A DNA stretch of 64,000 bases from Octopus sinensis (taxonomy: Eukaryota), in contig NC_042998.1 in NCBI RefSeq assembly GCF_006345805.1, forward strand, positions 90,024,001-90,088,000, read 5' to 3'. Numbering within the stretch: the first letter of the stretch is position 1; each line of letters begins with the position of its first letter. Positions 13,059 through 27,302 of this stretch are shown here, in pieces. A program made the position numbers and the translations under genes. The notes under the pieces are model-generated. The model was given only the letters and a program-made list of their open reading frames with translations. It did no database searches and was not told the origin of the DNA.

Positions 13059-16000
13059 GATGGCTACCCCCTCATTATCGAGTATGGCCATTAACGAGGT
13101 TTAACTGTTAACGGTACTGCGATCGAATGTGATTTTTTAGTCCAGCTAAAGATCTACAATGTCTTGTACAGAATTGGCAGCTAAAACCTTTACTGGCAAT
13201 AGCCGGTTGTAGTAGTAATTGGGCTTCATGTACCTTTGCATGTCGTTTAAGTACTCCCACCGAATCACACTACCTTCCACATGCCTGACAGATATGATTA
13301 GTATGATGTGTAGCACCACCACCAGCGGCCTGGTAGTCAATCATCGGTCTCGCTTTATGACTACGAAGATGAATCCAGCTTTAATGAGGCATGTCAGCGT
13401 CATAGGAAGAACCTTACCACCTGGAAGTGCAACAGCGATGATCCTCCTGACATCCCTCCTTACTTTCTCATGCGCAACTCGAGATTTCTCCAAAGTAGCT
13501 GTCCCTTCATACACAATCCTTCTCCACCTGCTACGGTCAATAGCTATGCTCTCCCATGCTAGCATCTCTCAAGGAAACCTTCAGCAAGTCTTTATACCTC
13601 TTTTTGGTTTATATGGAGGTCGTTCTCCTTTAGCAAACTCTCCATAAAAGAGTTGTTTTCGCATCCTAGAATCTTTTATCCTGATCAGATGACCACTCCA
13701 TCTGAACCCTTGCCTCAACACAAGAGCTTCTATACTTTCACACCGTGAGCTTTCCAATATTTTAAGTTTACTGATGCGGTCCTCCCACTTAATGACATAG
13801 ATCTGTCGGAGACACATCTGATGGAAACGTTCCAGTTTTTTAAGGTGGTATCGATATGTGACTCAGGTCTCGCAGGCATAAAGAATCGAAGAGAGCACAC
13901 GCGCCTCGTACACCTTTATCTTTGTCTTCTTGCATATCACTTGCTTTCCCAATTCTGTATGGAATTTCATAATCCAAATTGCTATATCTATCAACAGTGC
14001 TTCTCAGGTAGACAAACTGATCGACTACACCAAGTCGTTTACCACACACGTAGATATTTGGTTCACTATACTAATTACCAGGGGAAGGTTGGTACATGAC
14101 AACATTTTTCTTGAGACTGACTGTCAATCCTAAGGCAGTGAAAGCATCAGAGAATGCGTTCAAAATGTGTTGCATATTAATCTCCGTGTGTGCTACTAGT
14201 TCACAATCATCTGCATACAAAAGGTCTCTTATGATAGAGGTAAGTACCTTTGTTTTTGAAGCAAAGCGCCTGATATTAAATATGCTGCCAAAGGTTCGAT
14301 AATGGATGTAAACACCATATCTGCAATTTCTGAACGCAACGCATGAAACCATTTCAAAATATATAGCAAATAGGGTCGATGCCAGAATATCCCCCTGTTT
14401 CACTCCATTTTGTATTGAGATAGGCTCCGACATTTTGCCTCTTACATTAACCCTACCCTTCATGTCTTCATGAAAAGACCTAACCAAAGCAAGGAACTTT
14501 TCAGGAAAACCAAGTTTCTAGAAGACTTTTCACAGTGCATTTCTATTAACGGTATCAAAGGCGTTTGTCAGATCGACAAAAACATGATATAAATTCAGAC
14601 CCTGTTCCATACACTTCTCCTGAAGATGTCTAAGAAGATCACAACAACACATCAGCAGTGCCGCGTCGCTCACGAAAGCCAGATTGACTTTCTGGAAGAA
14701 CACGATCTGCAATGTGTTTCAGCAGACGATCTAGAAGTACCCTGCATAAAACCTTTCCTACTACAGAAAGCAATGATATTCCCCTATACTTACCACAATC
14801 ATTCCTGTTGCCCTTCTCCTTGTATAAGGCCACGATTACTGTATCTCTCCAGTCCTCAGGTAAAGATTCACGAGCCCATATCCTGCCAAACAAGGAGTGA
14901 AGTTGCTGTAGAAGTTTCTCACCACCATGCTGTAACAACTCCGCATGTATTCCATCCATACCCGGAGACTTCTCATTATTCATCCTTGAGACAGCCACCG
15001 CAACTTCTTCCAACATTGGTGGTTCCCCAACAGCCGTGGAGATTGAGAACATGAGATTGAGAACATCCTCACTAACTACAGACTGCTGATCCAAAAGTTT
15101 ATCAAAGTGTTCTTGCCACCCTCGCAGAATTCCTTGTGAATCACGAAGTTCTTTACTATCCCTGCTTCGAAGTGGTGTCATCAGAGAAGTCGGTCAATAT
15201 ACTTCTCGCAAGAGACCATACAACAGCTTTGTGTTATTGGAATCCGACGCCACTTGTATCTCATCAGCCATCTTACTCCACCACATATCCCTCATCTGAG
15301 AGAGCCTCCGCCTCACACGTTATTTCACATTCTTGAGTTTCCTATGCAACACATCTCTCTCCTGTGGCTTTGCTGACAAATATCGTGACAAAGTACGTCT
15401 TTTATCAACCAATAAATCACCTAGATGTTCATCATTTTGTTTAAAACAATCTTGACGCTTTCTTTGTATCAATCCCAGAACTTTCCTGCCTATATTATAA
15501 ACTGACATTTTAAGGGTCGGCCAATCCTCCCCAATATCTGCAACATTCATTTCCTCTCGTAAAGTTCTCTTCTCACTATTACACCTAAGACGAGCAACAT
15601 TCAGTCTTTTAGGTAGGGTAATACCTGCAACTCGGATTTTATGTTATGTGATTGATTTCACTTTTGCAAGTACCAGGCGGTGGTCAGTTCAACACTCATC
15701 CCCACGAAGGACACGAACAGACTGCACATCTCGTTTGTCACGCACCCTAACAAGGATGTAATCCAGAATATGCCATTCTTTAGATGCAGGACGCATCCAT
15801 GTGATCTTAAATTTATTCTTTTGTTGAAACATGGTATTGGTAACACACAGACGCAGCTCCTCGCACATCTGTAGCAGAAGCATACTATTACACTTCCCCA
15901 TCCCATGCTTTCCAATTACAGTCCATCTGTTAAACTCTCTACCCACTCTAGCATAAAAGTCACCTTGTACGATGACTTATCTGCCCGAGGGATATTTCTT

Positions 16001-17310
16001 ATAATGCCCTTCAAAGCATTGTAGAAAGAAACTTTTTCGTCATCAGTAGAATACAGAGTTGGAGCATGCAAACTGACCAAGGTCACATAATTTCCTTTAA
16101 CCAAAGTAATTCTCATGGACATGAGACGCTCGTTAATCCCGACTGGGAATTCTTCCAGCTTGTCCACAATAGTTGTCTTAACAGCAAATGCCACTCCAGA
16201 CTCTCCTCTAAACTCTTCATCTCTCCCTTTCCAAAACGATGTATATTTTCCACAAGATTCTGTAAGATGACCATTTCCAGCTAATCTCGACTCAGATAAA
16301 GCAATGATGTCAAGATCATAGCGTCGAAGCTCCTTCGCAAAAAGAGCTGTCCTTCGTTCAGAACATTCTGAGGACTCGCGGTCAAGCAGTGTCCGTACAT
16401 TCCAACAGCCAATATTCAATATTCTATTTGATTCTATCACAGTAGCACGATGATGGCCGGGTTCAGACTGTGATGCTCTGAAGCCCCCTGCCGGACCAGA
16501 CTCTTTCGACTGATATGGTTCCAGAGTCCTTGCTGCCATTTATTTTTATACTGTTTTGGTACATCATTGATTGTTTGCTTTTTAAGGCTACAACTAGCCA
16601 TTCAGCTGAGACTCACAGCACAATCAACAATCATTTGTTAGTTAATTAATTAATCAATCAATCAATCAGTGGTGTTATCGTGCAGTGCCTGTGCAAGAAG
16701 ATTTCTTTTTAAGTGAGGAAATCCCAGTCACTAAGCATCAGCAGCCATAACCCGAAAAGAAGAACAAGTCAACATCATCGGTAACCACTGAGCCGCAGAC
16801 AGGTTTTATGTCGGAGTTATACCAGCTACCTGAGTTGTCTTCTCCTAGAAGGATGCCCTAACAATGGTTTAACCGCGCGATCGAGTATTCAGTCCGATTA
16901 TTTCTATGTCCCCGCGCAAGATACAGCCATAAGCGGGATAAAATAGATATATAACAAGAACGATATATAAAAAATATTGATATACAATATATGCATAAAA
17001 TATACAATATGGAATACATAAAATATATATAATGAACAAACTATAAAAAGTATACAATATATAAAATTAGCCCAGAAAAGGGGGATGTACAGTAAATACA
17101 TAATTACACACATACTGGATGGCCGTTTACTCTCAAGAGTTCCTCCGCCATTTGACGGGTTTTGTTTTTCATCCCACAAAGTGTCCAATAAACACCCTCC
17201 TCACGAAGCAAGCTTGGTGGGGTTGCCGGTTTAGTCGCCGACGGCCCGACAATGCAGCAGGTCGTACCGGGTTACATGTTACCAGTAGCACTCGAAAGTG
17301 ACCTGACATA
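13059..17310 (-). mobile_element. RTE-clade LINE, near full length, flanked by (TACA)n on both sides
   Basis: APE domain NIGCWNVRTL..ALSESRL (15916-16539); RT motifs YRGISLLS, QSGFR, GVKQGDIL, LLYADD (13930-15181); many frameshifts. The 5' limit is inferred from the flanking microsatellite. Confidence 0.9.
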
Positions 17311-18655
17311 ACATACATACATACATACATACATACATACATACATACATACATACATACATACATACATACATACATACATACATACATACATACAATC
17401 TCGCCAACTAATAATCTATGAAAATGTGTATCTGAATATTTAATTGTTCATTATACATTTCTGCAAATTGATTTTTATATATGACTTGAAAGTGTTATGA
17501 AATCAGTACTTTGTATTTCTGAAGGATATACAGTAACCTTTTAGTATTTAAACCGATCTTATCCGGCCAAAATATTCTGGCCTTTCACACCTACTTTACA
17601 ATGTCATTCTAAAATTTAAATAATCACATCATAGAAATCTTGAAGCTACTAGATAATACATAATCAATTCAAAACAATGTGAATAAATAAGCATTACATT
17701 TGACGGCGTAGACTGAATGCTAAAGGGTTAAATACATTAAACTTTCCTTATAGAGTCATACAGCTTCCATATAGTCATTATAACTTTGAAAATTCTATGA
17801 CACAAATGTCACACACTTTCCAATGTAATCCACAGATACACAATTCACTACACATACACCTCACGCATACAGTTGCTGTCTCTATGTAAGCTACTAAATC
17901 ATCATACTCGCAATCTCAGCTACCGCCTTTAACATGAACACTACATGCACTCGCTTTTCTATACAAACACATAACCTTATAGAGATACGATTCTTCACAT
18001 TGTGACCACATGAATATACAGTCATCTCGCCACCACAATAGCCACTATTCCATACAATGTTAACGCGCCTTGAGACGTACCTTACAAAACAATGTTCTCA
18101 TGATCATTGTTGAACAACATCCATTTACTATATTGTGGGCCATGTTTATATTCGGAGAATTTCCTTAATATAACCATCGTAAACAGAAGCCCATTTTAAA
18201 GTGAAACTTTTTTGTTTTTGCTTTAATCTGTTATCCCCATCTACATTATCTTTCCTATCGCTCACCAAATCAGAGTTCCATTTTTCTTCTCACATTCTTT
18301 TTTTGCTCTTTGCAGCTATTTTTTCTATTTTTGGATCTATCTTGGTTTCCTCTTTGTTTTTCCTTTATTTATAAACCGTACTTATGCAGAAAAGAAAATG
18401 TAACTTAAGTGGGAAATGCTTACACATTCAACTATACACCCACACAGAACAAAGATAAACCCACACGCAATCAGACATACATAAACATACTTAAACACAT
18501 ACTGATATGCATAGGTGTGAACATACATACATACATACATACATGCATGCATCCCTCTCTTCCTCCCTCCATTCATCTATCCATATATACATCCATCCAT
18601 CCATACATACATACATACATACATACATACATACATACATACATACATACATACA

Positions 18656-18687
<32 letters not shown>

Positions 18688-19198
18688 CGCGTACGTCTGT
18701 GTGTGGGAGGTAGTGATTCTTGATATTTATCTAGGTGATGAGGCATTAGAGGTCGCCGAAACTGAACAAAATTACAATAAACATGTTACACAGTTTCTGG
18801 TTTTCCTTAATTCTTTGAGATGAAATCTCACCAATGTCGAATTTATCTTTCATTGACTCCATTATCGATATGATATGGATCAAAAATATATTGAGATAGA
18901 TTATGTATCATATTACTTTTAATGACAAGTTGGGAAAAGAAAACAATACCAGATAATTTGATGAAGATGGATTTAATGCACATGGTAGAACGACCGATGA
19001 AATACTTTATCTAGTTCAATTCTTGTCCAGCTTTCTCCATAGATGTATTTATGTACTGGTAAGCGGACTGCCTCGTATTTTTTTTCTTTACTTTGATCTG
19101 TTTTAGCTGTATCGATATGGAGATTTCACATGAAAGCTTCACGATAAATTCACAATTTTTATAAAGATTGTCACATACACAATATATGGTACCTTTAG

Positions 19199-19432
19199 GG
19201 CGGCAAGCTGGCAGAATCGTTAGCAAGCCGAGCGAAATGCTTAGCGGTATTTCGTCTGTCGTTACGTTGTGAGTTTAAATTCCGCCGAGGTCGACTTTGC
19301 CTTTCATCCTTTCGGGGTCGATAAATTAAGTACCAGTTGTGCACTTGGGTCGATGTAATCGGCTTAATACATTTGTCTGTCCTTGTTTGTCTCCTCTATG
19401 TTTAGCCCCCTGTGGGCAATAAAGAAATAAAT
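19199..19432 (+). mobile_element. SINE family A
   Basis: Full head, core and tail match to 3751-3984. Confidence 0.9.
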
Positions 19433-20254
19433 ATCTGGCACTTTTATACCTATAGCTATACAAAAATATATCCTAAATCATTTTGGCTACATAATTTATT
19501 CCACTTTGCCGATAGTGTGTTCATGAACAACTTGCTATTGGTAGATTATTTAAAGACCACATGAAATTTTCAAATGTTTATAAAATCAAGTTCCAATTGA
19601 TTCACAAGTTCAGTTATATTGGAATAGCATACAATATAGCATGCTGAAAGGTTTAAGTATCGATCTGTTAATTACATGTTTCAATGTAATTCTATATTTA
19701 ACTTTCAAAGATCATTTCATAAATACGTATGCGTCGCAACAGTATCAGAGATTTAAATTAGGCAAAATTTAAGCTGTTATCTTTAAAACCAACGGCGATA
19801 AAAATAATGTTCCGTTATATTGAAAAAAATCTGCCGTAGAAAAAGAATTTCATTTCTTTATATGAAGTAACTTATAAAAAAATGGCGAACATGTTGGGTC
19901 AGTAAGGCGAAGAAAAGGGTAGAATATACACTCTTAAGATTTACTTTAAAGATTAATCGGAAGTCATTCCCTTAAATCCATATCAATTTGCATCAGTAAA
20001 ATTATCTAGTAATTGCAGAATAACGTAATTACTGAAGTGACGTGACTGTTAAAGCCATAATTAGCACTTAACTACTATTTATATGTAACGAATGCAACAT
20101 TAAATACTGACAAACAAAATACATCACACGAATTGCGAAGTTTATAACACATCCTGTTTTGCTAAAGAAATGATGAAATAATATTGTAGGGAATGAATAA
20201 ATGATCGACATTTTGTTGCAACAGACTGCACGCGCACATACACGCTCGGCCGGC

Positions 20255-20299
<45 letters not shown>

Positions 20300-20418
20300 A
20301 TAGGCAAATTCATACACAACCAATCATATCCACGCAGATACACACACAAATACACATGCGCTCACAGACATGTATTTGTGTGTGTATATCTATATCTATA
20401 TATATATATATATATATA

Positions 20419-20483
<65 letters not shown>

Positions 20484-20489
<6 letters not shown>

Positions 20490-20957
20490 AGTGGCTAGAC
20501 ACAATTTAAAACCCAAAGGCACAAGTACATCGTCACTAAAAGTGACCAAGGGTACAAGTCAGCACCAGCATGGCTAGAAATAAGAGTCAAAGCTACTTTT
20601 AGCCGCGAACAGAGGATTTTCTGTTCAACAGAGCACTATCTATTGACTGACAAGGGAGCCAACCTCCCTACAGCAAGCGAGGGCGCCAGATCACCGGTGG
20701 TTTCGGATAGAATTAATCGGTGACGCTACTCCATTACCTGGGGTTAAGCTAACTCGACTTGTCAGTTTATAGAAAATACCATAGCAATCAGTGGATGATT
20801 CAGTAAAATAGTTCAGGGAAAATTATAAATTATTAAAGTGGCTAGTCACAATTTAAAACCAAAAAATCTGGCGCCGTCGTTAGCTATAGGGATATTGTCA
20901 CCTTTGTCAGTCAATAGATAATGTTCTGTTGGACAGAAAATACTCTGTTCATGGCTA
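20484..20957. repeat. Composite direct plus inverted repeat
   Basis: 30-bp direct repeat at 20484-20513 and 20831-20860; ~92-bp inverted arms at 20600-20691 and 20866-20957. Confidence 0.7.
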
Positions 20958-21489
20958 TCAATTTTCTCATTCCTGTCAAACTTGTTGGCCGTGTGCCAAA
21001 AAAGAAAACTAGAAAGGATTACTTATTTAATTAATTATTCATTTGTCTTTTAGAAGAATATAATTGTTTCATTTAGCTCAATAACCGTCGCTAAAGAGGT
21101 AGAAGTTTGTCATACAATGCAGCCAAAATCTGACATTCTGAACTGACAAATATTGTGTGTGTCTATGTCTTCTTTCTTCGCCATAATGTTGGAGAGCGAA
21201 GGTGCGTGGCTAAGGGACTAGGGTATTCGGTTCGTTGAGGGTAAGATCGTGAGTTCGATACCATTTTAATTTTATAAAACAATGGCAATTTGTCCGCTTC
21301 TGTTTCAATCCTCACAGCTACACTTACCTTTGAAAGATAGTTATTTAATAGGTATCTTCCCTTCATTATTGCACACTGTGATATGGTTACGAACGAAATT
21401 CTACATTTTTACTTCACGTGAATACAATTAATGAATTGACCTGTTTCATTGGGTATTTAGAGAATAATCGTGTTCCCCTGCTATATCTG

Positions 21490-21573
<84 letters not shown>

Positions 21574-21670
21574 ATAAGATAAGCATATGTGTGTGTGCGC
21601 GAGTATGTGTATGTGCGTGCGTGAGTGTGTGTGTGTGGAAGGGGTGTATGCTTGTATATGTATGTATATA

Positions 21671-21725
<55 letters not shown>

Positions 21726-21727
21726 AT

Positions 21728-21886
21728 ACTCTCTCTTTACTCTTTTACTTGTTTCAGTCATTTGACTGCGGCCATGCTGGAGCACCGCCTTTAGTCGAGC
21801 AAATCGACCCCGGGACTTATTCTTTGTAAGCCCAGTACTTATTCTATCGGTCTCTTTTTCCGAACCGCTAAGTGACGGAGACGTAA

Positions 21887-21923
<37 letters not shown>

Positions 21924-22094
21924 CATATATACGACAGGCTTCTTTCAGTTTCCATCTACCAAATCCACTCACAAGGCATTGGTCGGCCCGGGGCTATAGC
22001 AGAAGACAGTTGCCCAAGATGCCACGCAGTGGGACTGAACCTGGAACCATGTGGTTGGTTAGCAAGCTACTTACCACACAGTCACTCCTGCGCC
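21728..22094 (-). mobile_element. tRNA-derived SINE family B (internal TA/TG microsatellite, AAAGAGTA tail)
   Basis: Reverse complement of GGCGCAGGAGTGGCTGTGTGGTAAG..GGTTCAGTCCCACTGCG..GAAACAAGTAAAAGAGT. Confidence 0.92.
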
Positions 22095-22119
22095 TGCATG
22101 TATATGCATATATGTATAT

Positions 22120-22223
<104 letters not shown>

Positions 22224-22239
22224 ATTTGTATGAAGTAGA

Positions 22240-22531
22240 AAATATTCCAACAGTATTACCCAAATGATGATGGCATCAGCTTAAAATTCACCCAATGCTT
22301 GCTCTCCCTGCTATCCATCCTCAACAAAAGTCCTGCTCGCTTCACATCACAACAATAAGACAGAACTATTTCACCTCAACTGGCTCTGTTCTAGGAAGAA
22401 AAGATCGCGTAACATTCAAACGGTTCCTGGATGAATACATCCAACAAATTCAAGATAAGGCACCTACACCTGGATATGTCTTTGCAAACAATAACGTTTT
22501 ACTCGAATGGGCTATGGTGGCCATAGAATGA
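22240..22531 (+). mobile_element. CR1-group LINE 3' fragment
   Basis: QNYFTSTG..FKRFLDEYIQQIQDKAPTPGYV resembles the C-terminus of 44879-45511. Confidence 0.8.
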
Positions 22532-23980
22532 CTGTAATATGAAACGTCATGAAACATCATTAAACGCTTTTCCATGTGATGGCTGAAACTTATCTTAGTA
22601 TATATAATGTGTGTGAGTACGCGCGCGCGCGATTATTCGGACGGGTATCTACATTCTTAGTTTCTACTGAAGATCTTAAACACTCGAATATATTCTAATA
22701 CAGTATTACAACGTAAATTCCAATTCAAGAACGACTTTATAATTTGAGACATCTAATTATACACTCACCAATAACCAAATAACTTTCCCACCAACAAATC
22801 ATTCATATACACACATACACGTATGTACACGCTCGCATACATACATACATACATATTCACACACACACACACGCACTCACACACATGCATCTATATTTAT
22901 TTGTGTGTGAGTTTGTGTATATGTGTGTATGCATGTGTATGCCTGTGTGTGTATGTGTGCGTGCTATACATTTATAAGTCGAGCATTACAAAACATTAGC
23001 TTCTGGTTTCGTTACTGCACAATCTAAAAAATAAACAACAAAGATAAACTGTAAATATGATACAAGAAAATGCTTACAACATCCCTTATGAGAATTTCAA
23101 CACCCAGACGAAAGGGAACCTAGTTATCGCTAGAATGACTTCGTGGCAGATTCTGACCTTTGTAATGTTTTGTGACCTTTGCCCAATCTATTGACTTGAC
23201 CTTTAACAATCTTATTGACTTGGTGGAAATGATTTGCCAGCCACTGCCACACAAACTGATATTAAACAAATAAACTGAAGGAAATCAGTAACAAACAAGG
23301 TCGGTCTGATTCTGCTGTCAGAAAGGATTATTACTTCATCAATTAGTTTTCTCTGATAATTCTTGACACCATTTTCTTCAACGGGTAACATATTTATTCT
23401 TTCAATGAATTCCATCTGTAAGACAAGTCGAGTCTTTAGTGTCTCAGATAATTCAGAATTCAGAAAATTCAGCAGGCTAAATTTTTGTTTGGTTTGCAAC
23501 CAGTATTTTTTTTTCTTTCCATTTACCCCTGCGCAAATAAAGGATAAAAATTTGCACGTTTTCTTCCTTATTTGCATGCTAGGTTAACATGATAGTTTGT
23601 ATATTTCTTATATTTATTTACTAAACAACAGGGGGAAATCAGCAGAAATTTGAAAGATCTGAAGTCGATGCAAATTCAGCAAGTATTACATGTCACCGTA
23701 CTGATGTTCCTGGATAACGTAGCAAACGTAGAATATTCAGAATATACATACATGAATGAGATGGGGGGGGGGGACAAATGAGATATCTGTGATCTAGAAT
23801 GCAACTTTACATCACTGGAATCGGTGCCTAAATCTGATCTCAAATTGCACAAAGATAGGCTTTTTCTCCTAAGGAGCAGGCATGACTTGATCAATACGAG
23901 GTTAGCACTATTCCGAGCAAACCTATAATCAAAAGTACATAAGATATGACCATAGGCGCAGTACATAAGATATGACCATA

Positions 23981-24401
23981 GGCGCAGGAGTGGCTGTGTG
24001 GTAAGTAGCTTGCTAACCAACCACATGGTTCCGGGTTCAGTCCCACTGCGTAGCATCTTGGGCAAGTGTCTTCTACTATAGCCCCGGGCCGACCAATGCC
24101 TTGTGAGTGGATTTGGTAGACGGAAACTGAAAGAAGCCTGTCGTATATATGTATATATATATATATAAGTGTGTGTGTATATGTTTGTGTGTCTGTGTTT
24201 GTCCCCCTAGCATTGCTTGACAACCGATGCTGGTGTGTTTACGTCCCCGTCACTTAGCGGTTCGGCAAAAGAGACCGATAGAATAAGTACTGGGCTTACA
24301 AAGAATAAGTCCTGGGGTCGATTTGCTCGACTAAAGGCGGTGCTCCAGCATGGCCGCAGTCAAATGACTGAAACAAGTAAAAGAGTAAAAGAGTAAAGAG
24401 T
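23981..24401 (+). mobile_element. SINE family B, full length
   Basis: Head to tail match; 26-bp duplication at the 5' junction. Confidence 0.93.
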
Positions 24402-25689
24402 ATACAGTCTTCTTTGTCTATCAGAAACTACACTAGCCACCATTTTCACTGTTATTTCTAACAGACAGCGATTACATAGAGGCTTCTCCATTGGCTCGTG
24501 GTTATTTATTGTTCTACTGTCGTCAGGGGTGCAAGGCATCGTAGATTTTGATATTGTGTTAATAGAAATATGATATTCATAAAAATCCGTTCCAATATCA
24601 TCTGTGTGTGCGTGCGTGTGTGTGTGTGCGTGAGTGCGTGCGTGTGTGTGTGTATGTGTGTGTGTGTGTGTGTGTTTGCATATACATATATATTATAATA
24701 GAGAAAGCTGCTTATTAATAGGTATGTAACAGTTACTAAAAGAAAGCAATTATTAAAGGCTTGACTGTCTGGAAACTTTTTTATAAATTCATTTGCCAAG
24801 AAATTTCTTGCAATTTCGATTTCTGAAGTTTATTCATAATTTGAACTTCAAGTTCTTCACAAATTTAAATATTCGTTGCATTCACTGCGGAGTAGATTTA
24901 ATAAACAATATTAATTCGTTCCAGGTGAAATTTTCTGTTTTCATTTGCAACAGTCTCTCACACTCTCTCGTCTCTATTTTCATTAATAACAATTTACTTT
25001 ATATTCATTTCAATGTTTTTGATTCAGATTTTAATTCGCCATTTGCAAAACTCACAATTTATTCTATATACGTAATGTTAAAAAATTATTTATTGAATGA
25101 ATAAATGCTATTAGACAAAATAGCTGTATAACTTTGAAGTTTATTTATGATAAAATGGAATTTTTTTTAATATGCCAGTATAATTTAAAAAAGAAAGAAG
25201 TGATTTTGTTGGTATGGCTGTTTGATATGGCCTTACAATAATAACTACGCGATCGCTGCTATTTCTAGCATGTTAAACGTGCTATCGTTACCTTGAAGTT
25301 TCTTTAAATTAAAGATATATTACAACTACGATAAATTACTGGAAGAAATATTTACTAAGCAAGTGAGATTTTTTATAAATTGAAGTTAGGCGTTAATCGC
25401 AGGAAGTCGTAAGGTGTATTTTTGGTAGTTTGTCGGAATATCGCTTGTTGGTTCGTGCATAGTTCGTGGAGGGTTTGTTGGATTGTTATGTTGTTGTTAC
25501 CCTTCTTCTTTACATGCTTTATTTTTACTACACGGATATAGTGTAAAAAAAGTATCATCATAACAATTGGCGATACAACATATATATATATGTATATCTA
25601 TCTATCTATCTATCTATCTATATATTATATTATATATATATATATATATATATATGGAATTAAACGCAGGTATTATTCAAATTCTTTTA

Positions 25690-25776
25690 CTTCCGACATA
25701 TGTTTCAAAGACAACATTAGTATTATTCCAAAGGAATAAAATGGTGTAAAACAATGTAATCTTCTCATCAGGCAAA
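25690..25776 (-). ncRNA. Type I hammerhead ribozyme candidate with long stem II
   Basis: Minus strand: CUGAUGA (25771-65), ~13-bp stem II, GAAA (25706-03), AC-auau-GU stem III, GUC cleavage triplet. Stem I (cuuugc/ggaag) has one mismatch. Confidence 0.6.
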
Positions 25777-26389
25777 GAAAGAAAGAAACCAAACCCATCA
25801 ATAAGACATTTTAACAGAATGTGATGGATGTGTATAATGGTGAACGAAACGCTATTAAATTTTTCTTTTAAACCATTAGAGCATATAACGTCAAAGGTAG
25901 CCTATAAAAAGAGGAGGGGTAAAGGAAAGAAATAAGCAGAAAACTAATAAATGAGAAATATAGAGCGATATGTGAATTAAAATAAAAGCTTAAAGGCTTG
26001 GAAAAAGATATATCTAGTGGAAATGAAATGTAAGAAGAAAGTCAATATTCAAATTATATATAATGGTACATATCACTTATATGAACTAAAGGTATGTTTC
26101 TGCCAATGTTTACATCGATAAGCATGCTCTATAACAGTGTTTACAGGGGAATTCTTAGAAAAAAGAATAGAAAATAGTTCGCTATTACAGAGTTGGCAGA
26201 ATTCTTTGCTTTTATCATATGGGAATGAAATAGAGAGAATTACCCAATCTAAATTAAATTGTTTATTATGGTATTTTAGATACCAAATTAATTTACTAAA
26301 TATTTCACATCAACCCGGAGTTTCTACCTTTATAAACAGGCTGTTACGTCCTTATTACTTATTAATGAGTTGTACTTGTATTTCAAAGG

Positions 26390-26556
26390 GTCAGCCTTGT
26401 CACTCTCTGTGTCACGCTGATTATCCCCGAGAACTACGTTAAGGGTACACGTGTCTGTGGAATGCTCAGCCATTTGCACGTTAATTTCACGAGCAAGCTG
26501 TTCCGTTGATCGTATCAGCTGGGACCCTCGTCGTCGTAACCGGCGGAGTCTTTAAA
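26390..26556 (+). mobile_element. SINE/LINE 3' fragment, family C
   Basis: GAGAACTACGTTAAGGGTACACGTGTCTGTGGAATGCTCAGCC; a decayed reverse copy lies near 36970-37095. Confidence 0.5.
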
Positions 26557-27103
26557 AAAAGATAGATAGAGAGAGAGGGAGGGATCACAAAAGTGACAGA
26601 GGATACTGACAAGCGCCACTTTTGCTAGAAGAGTTAAAACAACTCAAAAGCCACAAAGTATTATCTTACTGACTGACAAAAGAGGATAAGTCCCAACTGT
26701 GGAAGCCATTGTATGTACTATATCTGTAATGTTAAGACCCAGCCTTGCAACAAGCTGTGTCGTTGATTGTACTGGAAAATAATGCAGAAGGTACAACTGT
26801 ATGTGGAATATTCATCTACTTACAATCCGATATAGTGAGTACGTAACTCTATTAATTGAACAACTACAGATCTATTTTGGTGCAACTGGTGCTAGATTTA
26901 TAGATTCATTATAAAGATTGTTCTTTGGCCTTGCTCTCACGCCATGAGATGTTACGAGGCTTCATGAGAAACGTAGCGTAAGTACTACCCACGACGATTT
27001 TGAAGCCCCTTCAGACACCGAGTTTTAGTTCCATTGGTATGAACGATCTCTACTCAGTCTGAAGAATGCCAGCCTTGTGTTGGCTTTGAAATACTAGAGG
27101 AGG

Positions 27104-27302
27104 ATGAGGGGGGAAGAGGGGGAGGAAGAGGAGGAGGAGGAAGAGGAGGAGAGAGGAGGAGGAGCAGGAGGAGGAGGGGGAGGAGAAGAAGAAGAAGAAG
27201 AAGAAGAAGAAGGAAAAGAAGAAGAAAAGAAGAAGAAGAAGAAGAAAAGAAGAAGAAGAAGAAGAAGAAGAAGAAGAAGAAGATGATGATGATGATGATG
27301 AT
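27104..27302. repeat. Compound GAG/GAA/GAT trinucleotide repeat
   Basis: Direct inspection. Confidence 0.95.

Noticed and set aside
27104-27286. Poly-E/K/R ORF
   Set aside because: Trinucleotide repeat only.
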